A DNA stretch of 64,000 nt from Bacilli bacterium. GTDB lineage: Bacteria > Bacillota_I > Bacilli_A > RFN20 > UBA1709. Shown here piece after piece: positions 29,059-39,662 of this stretch. The first letter of the stretch is position 1. Each line of letters begins with the position of its first letter. A program made the translations under genes and the position numbers. The stretch is taken from assembly GCA_050949315.1 (NCBI GenBank), contig JBMNFL010000001.1, positions 1 to 64,000 of the forward strand. The letters run 5' to 3'. Under the pieces are notes generated by a model, which saw nothing but the letters and a program-made list of their open reading frames with translations, was not told the DNA's origin and made no database searches.

Positions 29059-29830
29059 ACCTAAAATTCTCTTTGTCGTTGAGGGAGCGGTAGCAGAAGC
29101 TAAATTCCTAAGGGAATTTCATGAGTTCGTTCCTATTGAAATGAGCGAAGAAATTGTCACCTATAAAACCAATATCTATCAACTTTATAATAGTCTCTTT
29201 ACCGAGGGTGAAGGGGCCGATTTAATCCGAGTTTTAAAAGAGCGGGAAAAAGATCCGAGCCGCAAGTCGTTATTAAATCAGCCTTTTACGGAAATCTATC
29301 TACTTTTTGATTATGATTTACATGATTCCCAGTACAGTGATGAAAAAATTGTTGAACTGATGGATTATTTTGATAATTCAACGGAAAATGGTCTACTTCT
29401 ACTCAATTATCCAATGTTAGAATCCTATCGTCATCTACGCAGGATTCCCGATGTGGCCTATCGTTATCGTGCGGTGCGTTTTGATGATTGTTTTCACTAT
29501 AAATTCATTGTTAAACGCCAGCAATTTTTCTGCGATATTCCTAATCAGCGCATAATGTTTGAAATCATTCATCACAATATAGATAAATTTAATTTTATTA
29601 ATCGTAAAACGCGTTTTGATTTTCGTTTACACGGGCCACTTGAAGATGAACTTAAGCTCTGCTTAAAAAACACGATTGATTTTAAGAATCGCCGTGGTTT
29701 AATCAATGTGATGAATACGGGCTCTTTACTCGGTTATGCCTATGCTCCTAAGCGCATGGGGCGTTTATTAGAGGATTACCTATTGAAGGAATATGGAGAA
29801 GATTATGTTAAAAGTCAAGGAAGAGCTTAA
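29039..29830 (+). CDS. TOPRIM-like (RloB-like) protein
   Basis: FVVEG..AE and LFDYD acidic motifs; NYPMLES; overlaps the ATPase by 20 nt. Confidence 0.65.
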   Translation: MALQFNKPKILFVVEGAVAEAKFLREFHEFVPIEMSEEIVTYKTNIYQLYNSLFTEGEGADLIRVLKEREKDPSRKSLLNQPFTEIYLLFDYDLHDSQYSDEKIVELMDYFDNSTENGLLLLNYPMLESYRHLRRIPDVAYRYRAVRFDDCFHYKFIVKRQQFFCDIPNQRIMFEIIHHNIDKFNFINRKTRFDFRLHGPLEDELKLCLKNTIDFKNRRGLINVMNTGSLLGYAYAPKRMGRLLEDYLLKEYGEDYVKSQGRA

Positions 29831-30401
29831 ACTAGCGGCCCAGGCTTTAAAGGCGGGAAAAATCATCTTAATTCCCACTGAAACGGTCTTGGGTTTAGCG
29901 GTTGTTTACGATAATTATCAGGCTTATGAAAGTTTGGTGAATTTGAAAAGAAGGCCTAAGGAAAAATTCTTCCCTCTGGTCGTGAATTCTTATGTTTTAA
30001 TTGAAGAAATTTGTGACTTGAATTCAAGACAGCAGAAGGCAGTTAAAGCTTTGTTACCAGGGCCGATAACTTTAATTTTGCCTCTTAAAAAAACAATGCC
30101 TTCTTACTTAGGAAAAGCGGGCAGCATCGCTATTCGTTATAGCACAGACGAAAAACTCAATGCTTTAATTTCGCTAGTTAAAAAACCTTTACTACTTACC
30201 AGCGCGAATTTAAGCGGTGGTGTAACGTTTAACAGTGTTGAAGAAGCTATGCAAGTATTTCAAAATAAAGTTGCCGTTTATGTTTCAGGAAAGCCTAGTT
30301 ATGGTTTAGCGAGCAGTGTCGTGGATTTCACCACTCCCGATCCTAAAATGTTACGACTAGGTCCAATAAGTTTAGAAGAAATAGAGAAGAAATTAAAATA
30401 A
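29805..30401 (+). CDS. tsaC: L-threonylcarbamoyladenylate synthase (Sua5/YwlC/TsaC)
   Basis: PTETV.GL, KRRP, PGPITLI, TSANLSG and SSVVD..LR.G motifs. Confidence 0.9.
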   Translation: MLKVKEELKLAAQALKAGKIILIPTETVLGLAVVYDNYQAYESLVNLKRRPKEKFFPLVVNSYVLIEEICDLNSRQQKAVKALLPGPITLILPLKKTMPSYLGKAGSIAIRYSTDEKLNALISLVKKPLLLTSANLSGGVTFNSVEEAMQVFQNKVAVYVSGKPSYGLASSVVDFTTPDPKMLRLGPISLEEIEKKLK

Positions 30402-30420
30402 CCGGTGAACGGTTATTTTT
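30396..30420. terminator. Bidirectional terminator
   Basis: AAATAACCG-GTGAA-CGGTTATTT between convergent genes. Confidence 0.75.
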
Positions 30421-31637
30421 TATTTGACTAATTTAATAATTTCTAAGATAAGTTTCACGGATTTTTCTAATTCATTGATGCTCAAATATTCAAAACGACT
30501 GTGGAAATTGTAACCCCCAGCCCCAAGATTAGGACAGGGTAAGCCCATAAAAGAAAGATTGGCGCCATCCGTGCCACCGCGAATGGGAACGAATTTAGCC
30601 TCTAAACCTAGATTGGCCAGAGCATTTTTAGCTAAATCAATGATATGCATTTTATCTTTAAAGACTTCTTTCATGTTGCGATAACTATCTTTAATTTCTA
30701 CTTTTACCCAATCACCAGCATATTTAGTATTTAAAAAATTGGCAACTTGTTCCATGTAGGCTTTTTGCTCGTCAAAAAGCTTACGATCATGGTTGCGAAT
30801 TAGGTATTTAAGTGTACTTTCTTCAACATCGCCTTTAATTCCGTGCAGATGGTAGAAGCCCTCATAACCCTTGGTGTTAGCAGGGGTTTGATTGGCGGGA
30901 AATAAAGAGATGAACTCTTGAGCGATAAGAATCGAGTTGAGCATTTTGTTTTTGGCAGCACCAGGATGAATGTTGCGACCTTTTACAAGGACTTTAGCAC
31001 TGGCCGCGTTGAAGTTTTCATACTCAATACAATCAACGGCCGAACCATCAATGGTGTAGGCAAAATCACAATCAAAGAAAGCGACATCAAAATTTTCGGT
31101 TCCTCGCCCAATCTCTTCATCAGGTGTGAAAGCCACTTTGATTTCCCCATGTTTAATCTTGGGATGTTTGACAAGAAATTCTAAGGCACTCATAATGGCG
31201 GCAATTCCTGCTTTGTCATCGGCTCCGAGCAAAGTTGTGCCATCAGTAACAATCAAATCCTCACCTTTTTTATTAGCTAAATAGGGGAAATCTTCAACCA
31301 ACATCCAAATTTCTTTTTCTTTATTTAAAAGGATATCTTTGCCATCATAGTTTTTAATAATGCGTGCTTGAATATCTTTACCGCTAGCATCGGGAGAAGT
31401 ATCCATGTGGGCGATGAAACCCAGTTTTGTTTGGATTTTTGGGTTGTTACTAGCTAATTTAGCATAAACAATACCATCTTCTCCTAACTTTGTTTTTAGA
31501 CCCAAGTCTTCAAGTTCTTTTTGTAATTGGGCCGCTAAAACGAGTTGCAATTTGCTACTTGGCGTTTCTTTACTATAAGCATCACTAGTAGTTTCAAAAC
31601 TCACATATCTTAAAAATTTATCACTAACTTTTTCCAT
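30420..31637 (-). CDS. pepT: Peptidase T (tripeptidase)
   Basis: AHMDT, LLGADDKAG, PDEEIG, ENFNAA, IRGGTDG and NFHSRFE motifs. Confidence 0.96.
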   Translation of the reverse strand: MEKVSDKFLRYVSFETTSDAYSKETPSSKLQLVLAAQLQKELEDLGLKTKLGEDGIVYAKLASNNPKIQTKLGFIAHMDTSPDASGKDIQARIIKNYDGKDILLNKEKEIWMLVEDFPYLANKKGEDLIVTDGTTLLGADDKAGIAAIMSALEFLVKHPKIKHGEIKVAFTPDEEIGRGTENFDVAFFDCDFAYTIDGSAVDCIEYENFNAASAKVLVKGRNIHPGAAKNKMLNSILIAQEFISLFPANQTPANTKGYEGFYHLHGIKGDVEESTLKYLIRNHDRKLFDEQKAYMEQVANFLNTKYAGDWVKVEIKDSYRNMKEVFKDKMHIIDLAKNALANLGLEAKFVPIRGGTDGANLSFMGLPCPNLGAGGYNFHSRFEYLSINELEKSVKLILEIIKLVK

Positions 31638-31820
31638 AATTTCTACCTCCTATTTTTAAACTTTAGCACTTTATATAAAGATTAACAATTAAAGTATTTA
31701 AGGTTTTAACAAAAAGCCCGCGAAATTTACAACATGAAAGTGAGAAAAATAAAAACAAAAAAATACCCACGTGTTGCAAGCGGTTGTAAACAATATTTTG
31801 CAATTTGTTTATTATTCTAA

Positions 31821-31849
31821 TTGACTTGGTTTATATTAATCGCTATAAT
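31821..31849 (+). promoter_or_regulatory. Sigma-A promoter of the AbiE operon
   Basis: TTGACT, 17 nt, TATAAT. Confidence 0.75.
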
Positions 31850-31874
31850 ATTTGTATAAAAAATAATGCGATAG

Positions 31875-32507
31875 GTGGTGAGACTGTTGTTAACAGAAGC
31901 TAAAGAAAAATTAGGAGTGCGAGAACCGTTCTTAAAAAGTGAACTTAAAGGATTTCTAGGAATAGAAAACGAAAATACTTTTAATCAAACTATTTCAAGT
32001 ATGGCTAAGTTTAATCTAATCAAAAAGATTGAAAATGGTCTATATTATTTTCCTTCTGAAGATCAACGGTTTAAAGAATTGATGCCATCATTAGAAAGTA
32101 TTGTTAAAAAGAAATATTTGGACAATTATAACGGTATAAGGACAGGCGCTTTTTTAGCATACAAATATAAACTTACAACTCAAGTTTCGGGCTACTATGA
32201 AATCGTTACCAATAATGTACATAAGCGAACAAGAGCAAAAAAAGAATATAATGGTAATGTCATTGTATGGGCTTCTAAATTTGAAATTAATAGAACGAAT
32301 TATTTATATGCTGAATTTTTAGAATTGGTAAATAATATTAGATATAGCGATTACAATTATGAAGAAACTAAAATAATTCTTATTGATACTTTTAATAAAA
32401 TGAAATTAAATAAAGAAACCCTAAAAGAGTTATCGGAATATTATAGAGGCACTGCCTATTCTTCATTAAGAAAAATAACAGAGGAGATTTTATATGAGAT
32501 TGCATGA
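31875..32507 (+). CDS. AbiEi-like type IV antitoxin (winged-helix)
   Basis: IKKIENGLYYFP, LTTQV and IVTN motifs; overlaps the downstream AbiEii gene. Confidence 0.75.
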   Translation: MVRLLLTEAKEKLGVREPFLKSELKGFLGIENENTFNQTISSMAKFNLIKKIENGLYYFPSEDQRFKELMPSLESIVKKKYLDNYNGIRTGAFLAYKYKLTTQVSGYYEIVTNNVHKRTRAKKEYNGNVIVWASKFEINRTNYLYAEFLELVNNIRYSDYNYEETKIILIDTFNKMKLNKETLKELSEYYRGTAYSSLRKITEEILYEIA

Positions 32508-33423
32508 AAACGAAAAACTATTTAAAAACATCGTAGAATTAACAGCATTAAAAGAAAATATTTCTTCTGAGATTATTGAAAAGGATTATTATGTTATTTT
32601 GGCCTTAAAGAAGCTTTATGAATATGATAGCAATATTGTATTTGTTGGTGGTACAGCTCTTGCAAAATGTTTCAATATAATTAAGAGATTTTCTGAAGAT
32701 ATTGATTTATCTGTTAAACACGACAGTAAAAAAGGGGCTCAAAAACAAACGCATAAAATTATTGAAAATATTAAAACTAACTGGGCATGGAACATAGAAG
32801 ATGAGAACAAGATTTTTCAAGATTTTAAAGTGATTTTTTTAAATTACAGCATGGACAATACTAAAAATGATTTTAAAGTAGAAAAGAGAATTAGATTAGA
32901 ATTATTAACTTTTTTAAATCCTTTTCCAATTGTAGAAAAAAAGATATCACCATACGTAATGAAATACCTAACTGATGCAGAATTAGAAGAATATGATATT
33001 AAAGAAATCATCGTAAAAACTCAAGAACCATATAGGACACTATTTGAAAAGATATTACTTCAAAAAGAACTATATCAAGGCTTTCTTGATAATAATGAAG
33101 AAAGAGATGATCAAATAAGAAGAGCTAGAGATTTTTATGACATTCATAAAATATGGGAATACTATAACAAACGATTTCCTTTTACAAAAGAACAAATGTT
33201 AGAGATGTTAGAATCAAGAAATTTAAACAGAAAAAACAGATTAAAAATTGATTTGAACAATTTATCCAAAAATAAATTATATGACATGTATATAAAAAGG
33301 AATATCAAAAAACAGTTAGAAGTAAATGATAAAACCAAATTAACTATAAGAGATTTAGATTGTGATTCAATAGAAAAGTCGTTAAAAGAAATTGATATTG
33401 TTTTATCCCAATACAACAAGTAA
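32494..33423 (+). CDS. AbiEii/AbiGii nucleotidyltransferase toxin
   Basis: EKDYY, FVGGTALAK, RFSEDIDL, RTLFEK and RDFYDI motifs. Confidence 0.9.
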   Translation: MRLHENEKLFKNIVELTALKENISSEIIEKDYYVILALKKLYEYDSNIVFVGGTALAKCFNIIKRFSEDIDLSVKHDSKKGAQKQTHKIIENIKTNWAWNIEDENKIFQDFKVIFLNYSMDNTKNDFKVEKRIRLELLTFLNPFPIVEKKISPYVMKYLTDAELEEYDIKEIIVKTQEPYRTLFEKILLQKELYQGFLDNNEERDDQIRRARDFYDIHKIWEYYNKRFPFTKEQMLEMLESRNLNRKNRLKIDLNNLSKNKLYDMYIKRNIKKQLEVNDKTKLTIRDLDCDSIEKSLKEIDIVLSQYNK

Positions 33424-33686
33424 TAGAATAAGTATCTGCTTTGGTAAACGTTGAACCACTCAACACGGGTTATAACTTTAAAAGTGAACGAGCGACTTAG
33501 AAACATCTAATTTGTAGTGTAATGTCAATAACATTTTTAATCGACAAAACTATACTAAAAACAATTTCGACTTTTATTATTTGTTGCATTCAGTTTGTAA
33601 AATAACAAATTTTCTTTTTTTCTTATTTCTGGTTGTTTTTAAAAGTGAGAAAACCTATAATTAGAAAGAATGATAGGAGGATAGCA

Positions 33687-34121
33687 ATGAAAATAGTTTT
33701 AGGTTCAGATCACGCTGGTTTTGCACGCAAAGAAGAAATTAAGGCTTATTTAGAAAGCCAAGGACTAATGGTTATTGATGTTGGCTGCTTCAGTGCCGAG
33801 CGTGTGGACTATCCAGATTTTGGTTATGCGGCAGCTAAAAAAGTTGCCAGCAAGGAAGCCGATTATGGCATTGTTGTCTGTTTTACCGGTATTGGAATTG
33901 GCATGGCGGCCAATAAGGTTAAGGGTGTTCGTTGTGCGACAGTTGCTAGTCTTGATCAAGTCGATTTAACCCGCCGTCACAACGATGCCAATATGTTAGC
34001 TTTTGGGGCAAAATATGTTGACAAAGACTTAGCCTTCAAGTTAATTGATAAATTTTTAGAAACGCCTTTTGATGGCGGTAGACATCAGGCGCGGGTTGAT
34101 AAATTAGATAAAGGTTGTTAA
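33687..34121 (+). CDS. rpiB: Ribose-5-phosphate isomerase B
   Basis: GSDHAG, DYP, CFTGIG, ANK, HNDAN and GGRH..R motifs. Confidence 0.95.
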   Translation: MKIVLGSDHAGFARKEEIKAYLESQGLMVIDVGCFSAERVDYPDFGYAAAKKVASKEADYGIVVCFTGIGIGMAANKVKGVRCATVASLDQVDLTRRHNDANMLAFGAKYVDKDLAFKLIDKFLETPFDGGRHQARVDKLDKGC

Positions 34122-34123
34122 AT

Positions 34124-35350
34124 ATGAAAGATGTAGAAATCCAGGAATTAATTGAAAAAGAAAAACAAAGACAACTCAGACATATTGAGTTGATTGCTAG
34201 TGAAAATTTCGCTTCGCAGGCGGTTTTAGAAGCCTGTGGTAGTGTTTTATCCAATAAATATGCCGAGGGTTATCCCGGGCGTCGTTACTATGGTGGTTGT
34301 GAATATGTTGATGCCATTGAAACCTTAGCAATTGAGCGAGCTAAGGTGCTTTTTAATGCGGAACACGCCAATGTTCAACCCCATTCTGGCACTCAGGCCA
34401 ATATGGCGGTTTATCTAGCAATTTTAAAGCCGGGTGATAAGGTTTTAAGTATGGGCTTGGATGCTGGTGGCCATTTAAGCCATGGTCACCATTTAAGTTT
34501 TTCAGGTGCAATTTATTCGTTTTATCACTATGGAGTAGATGAGAAAAATGAACTAATTGATTATGAAGAAGTTAAAAGAAAAGCCTTAGAAATCAAACCT
34601 AAATTAATTGTTTGTGGGGCCAGTGCTTATTCTCGAACTTTTGATTTTAAGAAATTCCGAGAAATCGCCGATGCCGTCGGTGCATATTTAATGGTTGATA
34701 TCGCCCATTACGCTGGTTTAGTCGCGGCTAAATTATTCCCTTCACCAGTTCCTTATGCCGATTTTGTAACCAGTACGACTCAAAAGACTTTACGGGGGCC
34801 ACGTGGCGGACTTATCCTTTGTAAAGAAAAATATAAAAAGATTATAGATATGGCGGTTTTCCCTGGAATTCAAGGGGGACCTTTAGAAAACAATATTGCT
34901 GGCAAAGCCCTTTGTTTTAAAGAGGCGATGAGCCCTTCTTTTGTCCGCTATCAAAAGCAAGTTTTACTCAATTGTCAAGCCTTTATGAAAGCTTTTGAAG
35001 AAGAGGGCATTAGAATTGTCAGTTCCGGTAGTGACTCCCATCTTTTTATGATTGATTTGCGTTCTTTTACCGATTTAAATGGTAAAGAAGCCGAAGAAAT
35101 ATTGGGGCAAATTAAGATTACCACTAATAAGAATTCTTTGCCTTTTGATCCTAAGCCCCCAGTTTATACTTCAGGTTTGCGTTTTGGAACGTCGGCGATG
35201 ACCAGTCGGGGTTTCAAAGAAGAAGACTTCTATCAAGTTGGCAAGATTATTATTCAAGCCCTTAAAAATTATCAAGATACTAACAAGTTAGCTATATTAA
35301 CAGATAAAGTTGTAAAGATGGTAGAAAAACTACCACTAAGGGAGGAATAA
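34124..35350 (+). CDS. glyA: Serine hydroxymethyltransferase
   Basis: [22 protein letters not shown] and [12 protein letters not shown] motifs. Confidence 0.97.
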   Translation: MKDVEIQELIEKEKQRQLRHIELIASENFASQAVLEACGSVLSNKYAEGYPGRRYYGGCEYVDAIETLAIERAKVLFNAEHANVQPHSGTQANMAVYLAILKPGDKVLSMGLDAGGHLSHGHHLSFSGAIYSFYHYGVDEKNELIDYEEVKRKALEIKPKLIVCGASAYSRTFDFKKFREIADAVGAYLMVDIAHYAGLVAAKLFPSPVPYADFVTSTTQKTLRGPRGGLILCKEKYKKIIDMAVFPGIQGGPLENNIAGKALCFKEAMSPSFVRYQKQVLLNCQAFMKAFEEEGIRIVSSGSDSHLFMIDLRSFTDLNGKEAEEILGQIKITTNKNSLPFDPKPPVYTSGLRFGTSAMTSRGFKEEDFYQVGKIIIQALKNYQDTNKLAILTDKVVKMVEKLPLREE

Positions 35351-35353
35351 AAA

Positions 35354-35974
35354 ATGCTACACGTTATCGATCACCCACTTATTCGGCACAAGATGACCAC
35401 GATGCGCCGAAAGACAACAGGAACCAAGGACTTCAGAGAAAACCTTGATGAAATCGCGGGCTTAATGGCCTATGAGGTAACTCGTGATTTGCCACTTAAG
35501 AGTTTGGAAATTGAAACGCCTATCGCTAAAGCTCGTGGCTACCAATTAAAAAAAGGTGTGGTTTTGGTTCCCATCCTAAGGGCGGGGTTAGGGATGGTAG
35601 ACGGGATTAAGAAAGTGATTCCCAATGCTAAAATTGGGCACATCGGTCTTTACCGGGATGAGAGTACTTTAGAACCTCAAGAGTATTACATAAAATTACC
35701 TAAGACGGTTACAGAATCAACAGTGTTTATCCTAGACCCCATGCTTGCTACAGGCGGTAGTGCCGTTGCCGCCATTAGAATGGTTAAGGAAAGCGGAGCC
35801 CAAGATATTAAACTCATCTGTTTGGTAGGAGTTCAAGTGGGGGTTGATAATGTTGTAAAGCATCATCCAGATGTTGAAATTTATCTCGCTGCCCTTGATG
35901 ATCATCTCAATGAAAATGGTTACATCGTCCCAGGTTTAGGGGATGCTGGCGATCGTTTATTTGGAACTAAATAA
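35354..35974 (+). CDS. upp: Uracil phosphoribosyltransferase
   Basis: [16 protein letters not shown] and [12 protein letters not shown] motifs. Confidence 0.97.
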   Translation: MLHVIDHPLIRHKMTTMRRKTTGTKDFRENLDEIAGLMAYEVTRDLPLKSLEIETPIAKARGYQLKKGVVLVPILRAGLGMVDGIKKVIPNAKIGHIGLYRDESTLEPQEYYIKLPKTVTESTVFILDPMLATGGSAVAAIRMVKESGAQDIKLICLVGVQVGVDNVVKHHPDVEIYLAALDDHLNENGYIVPGLGDAGDRLFGTK

Positions 35975-35981
35975 AAAAAAC

Positions 35982-36002
35982 AGTGTCCTTCGGGGCACTT
36001 TT
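35982..36002 (+). terminator. Terminator after upp
   Basis: AGTGTCC-TTCG-GGGCACT followed by T's. Confidence 0.85.
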
Positions 36003-36209
36003 AATTTATATTTTCAATATAAATGAAAAAAGTTAAGAAAATTCTTGGGAAAATTCTTGTTTAATCACTGAGTAAATACTTTGAGTTTAACTGATGTTTT
36101 CGGCTTTTTTAAGAATGGAGGTTCATAAAAAGACCAGATATCAAGTAACTTTTTTTGTTTCCATATAATATAGATTATGTTATAATCTATCGCGAAAGGT
36201 GGTGATTGA

Positions 36210-36518
36210 ATGTCAATTTTAGATTCTATTCAAGCTGCTGAAGCTAAGGCTGAACAAGCAAAAGTTGATGCGGTCAAAGAAGTCGAAGCTCTACTAGAGA
36301 AGACCAAGAAGGCCGCAGAAGCAGCAGGAGAAGCCCTGCTACAAAAAGCCGCAGATGAGGAAAAGAAACTAGCCAAAGAAACAACTAAGAAATTAGCTGA
36401 TGAAGAGGCTAAGTTACTAGCTCATTACGAAAAAGAAGATAAAAAGATAGCTTCACTGGCGGATAGTAGAATTGATATCGCAATTAGTTACATTATGAAG
36501 AAGGTTGTCTCATCATGA
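36210..36518 (+). CDS. V/A-type ATPase peripheral stalk subunit G/H
   Basis: Coiled-coil A/E/K-rich protein of 102 aa; first gene of the operon. Confidence 0.8.
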   Translation: MSILDSIQAAEAKAEQAKVDAVKEVEALLEKTKKAAEAAGEALLQKAADEEKKLAKETTKKLADEEAKLLAHYEKEDKKIASLADSRIDIAISYIMKKVVSS

Positions 36519-38458
36519 TAGTCCCGATGAAAAAAGCCAGAATTGTCATTTTGAAAGAAGACAAAGAGGACGTCCTCAAAGCTTTACAGCGCGCTGGCGA
36601 ACTAATGGTAATTCATACCGAGGATAGTCAAGAGACACTCGATTCTAGTCGTGCGGAGAACCTTGTCCAAAGGTCTCAAAGATCCTTGCAAACATTGAAA
36701 CCCTACACTGAAAAGAAGGGAATGTTTGATCAATCGAAGTTCTTTAATGTTGATTACGAAGATTTTGTTAATCCAAATCTTGAGAATGTTGAAACATTGG
36801 AACAGATTGAAAAGGCAGACGGAGCGATTTCAAGACTTAAAACGGAAAATGATGCCTGTCGCGAGTTTATCAAAACTCTCGAACCTTGGTCGGGTTTAGG
36901 TGGTAAATTGTCAACAATTTATGATTCTAAATACACCAAGATTCATCCTGGTTTTGTAGCCACAAAATTATTGGATGCTTTTATGGAGAATTTCCAAGAT
37001 CTTGAAAGCGAGGTTACGCTTTTTGGTCAAAGCGAAGATAGCCAAGCCGTACTGATTGTCAACTGGCATGAGGATGATGAAGCCGTAATGGAACAAATTA
37101 AAAGTTCAGGCTTCATGGAGACGCAGTTGCCAAACGAGGACAAGACAATTCACGATTTAGTGGTCGAGAAGCAGAAGGTAATCGAAGCTAATGAAGCTAA
37201 GATTGCTGAAATTGAAGACCAATTGAAGAAATTGGCGACCAAAGAAAGAGAGATTCAGATCTTTCAAGATCAAATGGCCACAGAGCTTGCTTACAAGCAA
37301 ACTCCGCTACAAACCACGGCGCAAACAGCACTAATTGTTGGATGGTGCAAAGCGAAGAAAACGGAGGTCATTAAAGAGGCCGTTGCTACAGCAACTCCAT
37401 ATTTCGATGTTGAATTTGTGGAGCCTGCTGATGATGACGATGTGCCGGTTGCTTTAGAAAACAACAAATTTGTTTCAAACTTTGAAACCCTAACTGATCA
37501 ATACTCTCATCCTAGCAGAAGTGATTTAGATCCTAATCCGGTTATGTCGGTTTGGTATTGGATGATTTTTGGTATGATGATGGGCGATGCCGGATACGGC
37601 CTTTTATTATTGCTTGCAACGCTTTTCATCAAGAAGTTTATGAAGCCAAAAGGTGGTTTTGCTAAACTAATCAATATCTTCTTCTTTGGAAGTATTACAA
37701 CCATGCTTTGGGGTATTTTATGGGGTAGCTATTTCGGTATTTCAGAAATAGGCGGAACCTCTTTAATTTTGTGGTTTAATCCCCAAAATGAACCTCTGGT
37801 TATGTTGGTTCTAACAATGATTATTGGAGTCGTCCACTTAAGTTTTGGCTTGGTGATGAAATGTATACTCTGTTTCCGTGAAGGTCAGTATTTTGCGGGC
37901 ATTTTCGATAATATTTCCTGGCTCGTCATAATGATTGGCTTATGCCTAGCTTTAGCTGACTTTGTGGGAGGTTTGATGCCCCATAGTTTCTTCTCGGCTG
38001 ATCCAGTGAAGATACCACCCGTTGTGGCAACTATAGGTTATGTTGTTTTAGCAATTGGTGCTGCTATGGTTCTATTTACGGCTGGTCGCGATAAGAAGGG
38101 TATTGGTAAGGTCACAGGTGGTTTAACCAGTTTATATGGTGTCACTTCCTATATTAGTGACATTCTTTCCTACTCACGGATTTTAGCACTAGCTATGTCA
38201 GGGGCGATTATCGCCTATGTCATGAACTTTTTAGCTGGCATGGTACAAAGTGGTGTCATTGGTTGGGTTCTCTCAATTGTCGTTTATCTCGTTGGTCATG
38301 TCTTCAACATTGCGATGAGTTTGTTATCTGCCTACGTCCATGACAGTAGATTACAGTATATCGAATTCTACGGAAAATTCTATGAAGGTGGCGGTCGTGA
38401 TTTCAAACCGTTATCGCTTCAGTACAAATACATTTATGAAATCAACGAAAAAAAATAA
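36515..38458 (+). CDS. ntpI: V/A-type ATPase subunit I (a)
   Basis: FGMMMGDAGYG, DILSYSRILAL and HDSRLQYIEFYGKFY motifs. Confidence 0.95.
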   Translation: MIVPMKKARIVILKEDKEDVLKALQRAGELMVIHTEDSQETLDSSRAENLVQRSQRSLQTLKPYTEKKGMFDQSKFFNVDYEDFVNPNLENVETLEQIEKADGAISRLKTENDACREFIKTLEPWSGLGGKLSTIYDSKYTKIHPGFVATKLLDAFMENFQDLESEVTLFGQSEDSQAVLIVNWHEDDEAVMEQIKSSGFMETQLPNEDKTIHDLVVEKQKVIEANEAKIAEIEDQLKKLATKEREIQIFQDQMATELAYKQTPLQTTAQTALIVGWCKAKKTEVIKEAVATATPYFDVEFVEPADDDDVPVALENNKFVSNFETLTDQYSHPSRSDLDPNPVMSVWYWMIFGMMMGDAGYGLLLLLATLFIKKFMKPKGGFAKLINIFFFGSITTMLWGILWGSYFGISEIGGTSLILWFNPQNEPLVMLVLTMIIGVVHLSFGLVMKCILCFREGQYFAGIFDNISWLVIMIGLCLALADFVGGLMPHSFFSADPVKIPPVVATIGYVVLAIGAAMVLFTAGRDKKGIGKVTGGLTSLYGVTSYISDILSYSRILALAMSGAIIAYVMNFLAGMVQSGVIGWVLSIVVYLVGHVFNIAMSLLSAYVHDSRLQYIEFYGKFYEGGGRDFKPLSLQYKYIYEINEKK

Positions 38459-38496
38459 TCAAATAAGATTATTATTAAGAAAAGGAGAAAATTAAA

Positions 38497-39006
38497 ATGT
38501 TATTTTTAGCCGACATTCCAGGATTATTTTCTAACGTTTCTGGATTCGCAATCGCTGTTTTTGGAGCCGCTATCGCTGCTGGCTTAGCCTGCTGTGGTTC
38601 CGCTATTGGCGTCGGTATTGCTGGTAAATCAGCAGCTGGCGTTATGTCTGAAAAACCCGAATTATTCGGTAAATTATTGGTCTTACAAGCCTTACCTGGA
38701 ACCCAAGGTATCTATGGCTTCTTAGTTGCTATTCTTATCATGGTAAACATTGGTGCTTTAGGTGGAGATAATGCTGCTTTTGATGTTGCCACTGGTTGGG
38801 CCTTCGTTGGTGCTGGTCTTCCCATTGGTTTAGGTGGTCTAGTTTCTGCTATCTACCAAGGTAAAGCCGCTGCTGCCTCAATTCAAATGACTGGCAAAGA
38901 TCCCGAACAATTCGCTAAGGGCATTACGATGACGGCCTTAGTCGAAACGTATGCCATTTTGTCATTACTAGTTTCCATCCTGTTAGTCTTCGGTATCAAA
39001 GTTTAG
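38497..39006 (+). CDS. ntpK: V/A-type ATPase subunit K (c), Na+-binding type
   Basis: 4 TM helices; LPGTQGIYG, AIYQG and LVETYA match the E. hirae NtpK Na+ ligands. Confidence 0.93.
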   Translation: MLFLADIPGLFSNVSGFAIAVFGAAIAAGLACCGSAIGVGIAGKSAAGVMSEKPELFGKLLVLQALPGTQGIYGFLVAILIMVNIGALGGDNAAFDVATGWAFVGAGLPIGLGGLVSAIYQGKAAAASIQMTGKDPEQFAKGITMTALVETYAILSLLVSILLVFGIKV

Positions 39007-39030
39007 TCAAATTTAATTATCAGAAATTAG

Positions 39031-39660
39031 GTGATTAAATTGGCAAACATCTACGATAAAATTGAAGAAAAAGGAAAACTAGAGGCTAAAGAAATTATTA
39101 AAGCCGGCCAACAAAAAGCGGCCGCGCTCAAGAAAAGCATTGATGAAGGTTTCGAAAAAGAATATAAGAGAATTATTGATGACGCAACCCGTTCTAATGC
39201 TGATTATCTAAAAACTAGACTTACTCAAGTCGATCAATCTGCCAAACAAAAATCCTTGTATGCAAAAAAGGCAGTGATTAACACGGTCATTGAAAGAGTT
39301 CATGCAAAAATGCTCAAACTCAGCGATAAAGAATTAACCGATTTAGTGGTTAAAGTTATTGCGTCCGATGTTATCCAAGGCGATGAAGTCGTCAAAGTTT
39401 CCAAAGAAGATTACAAAAAATATCGCAAACTCTTTGCTAGTAAGCAAGAGGGGGAGCCAGTTGAACTCGATCTTCTCAATAAGAAATTGGGGAAAGGTTA
39501 CAAGTTAACCTTATCGAAAGAAGCTGCAGATATTGATGGCGGCTTTGTTCTCATTGGTAAACGCTATGATGTCAATCATTCATACAAGGTATTGCTTGAT
39601 AATATCCGGGAAGAACATGAGTCAGAAGTGGCCAAACTTCTTTTCGGTGATGGAGAATAA
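39031..39660 (+). CDS. ntpE: V/A-type ATPase subunit E
   Basis: Operon position; IDGGFVL motif; start may be TTG at 39040. Confidence 0.85.
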   Translation: MIKLANIYDKIEEKGKLEAKEIIKAGQQKAAALKKSIDEGFEKEYKRIIDDATRSNADYLKTRLTQVDQSAKQKSLYAKKAVINTVIERVHAKMLKLSDKELTDLVVKVIASDVIQGDEVVKVSKEDYKKYRKLFASKQEGEPVELDLLNKKLGKGYKLTLSKEAADIDGGFVLIGKRYDVNHSYKVLLDNIREEHESEVAKLLFGDGE

Positions 39661-39662
39661 AG

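Noticed and set aside
33518-33531. TGTAATGTCAATAA as a possible IS end bounding the AbiE islet
   Set aside because: I found no matching inverted copy or transposase remnant on the other side.
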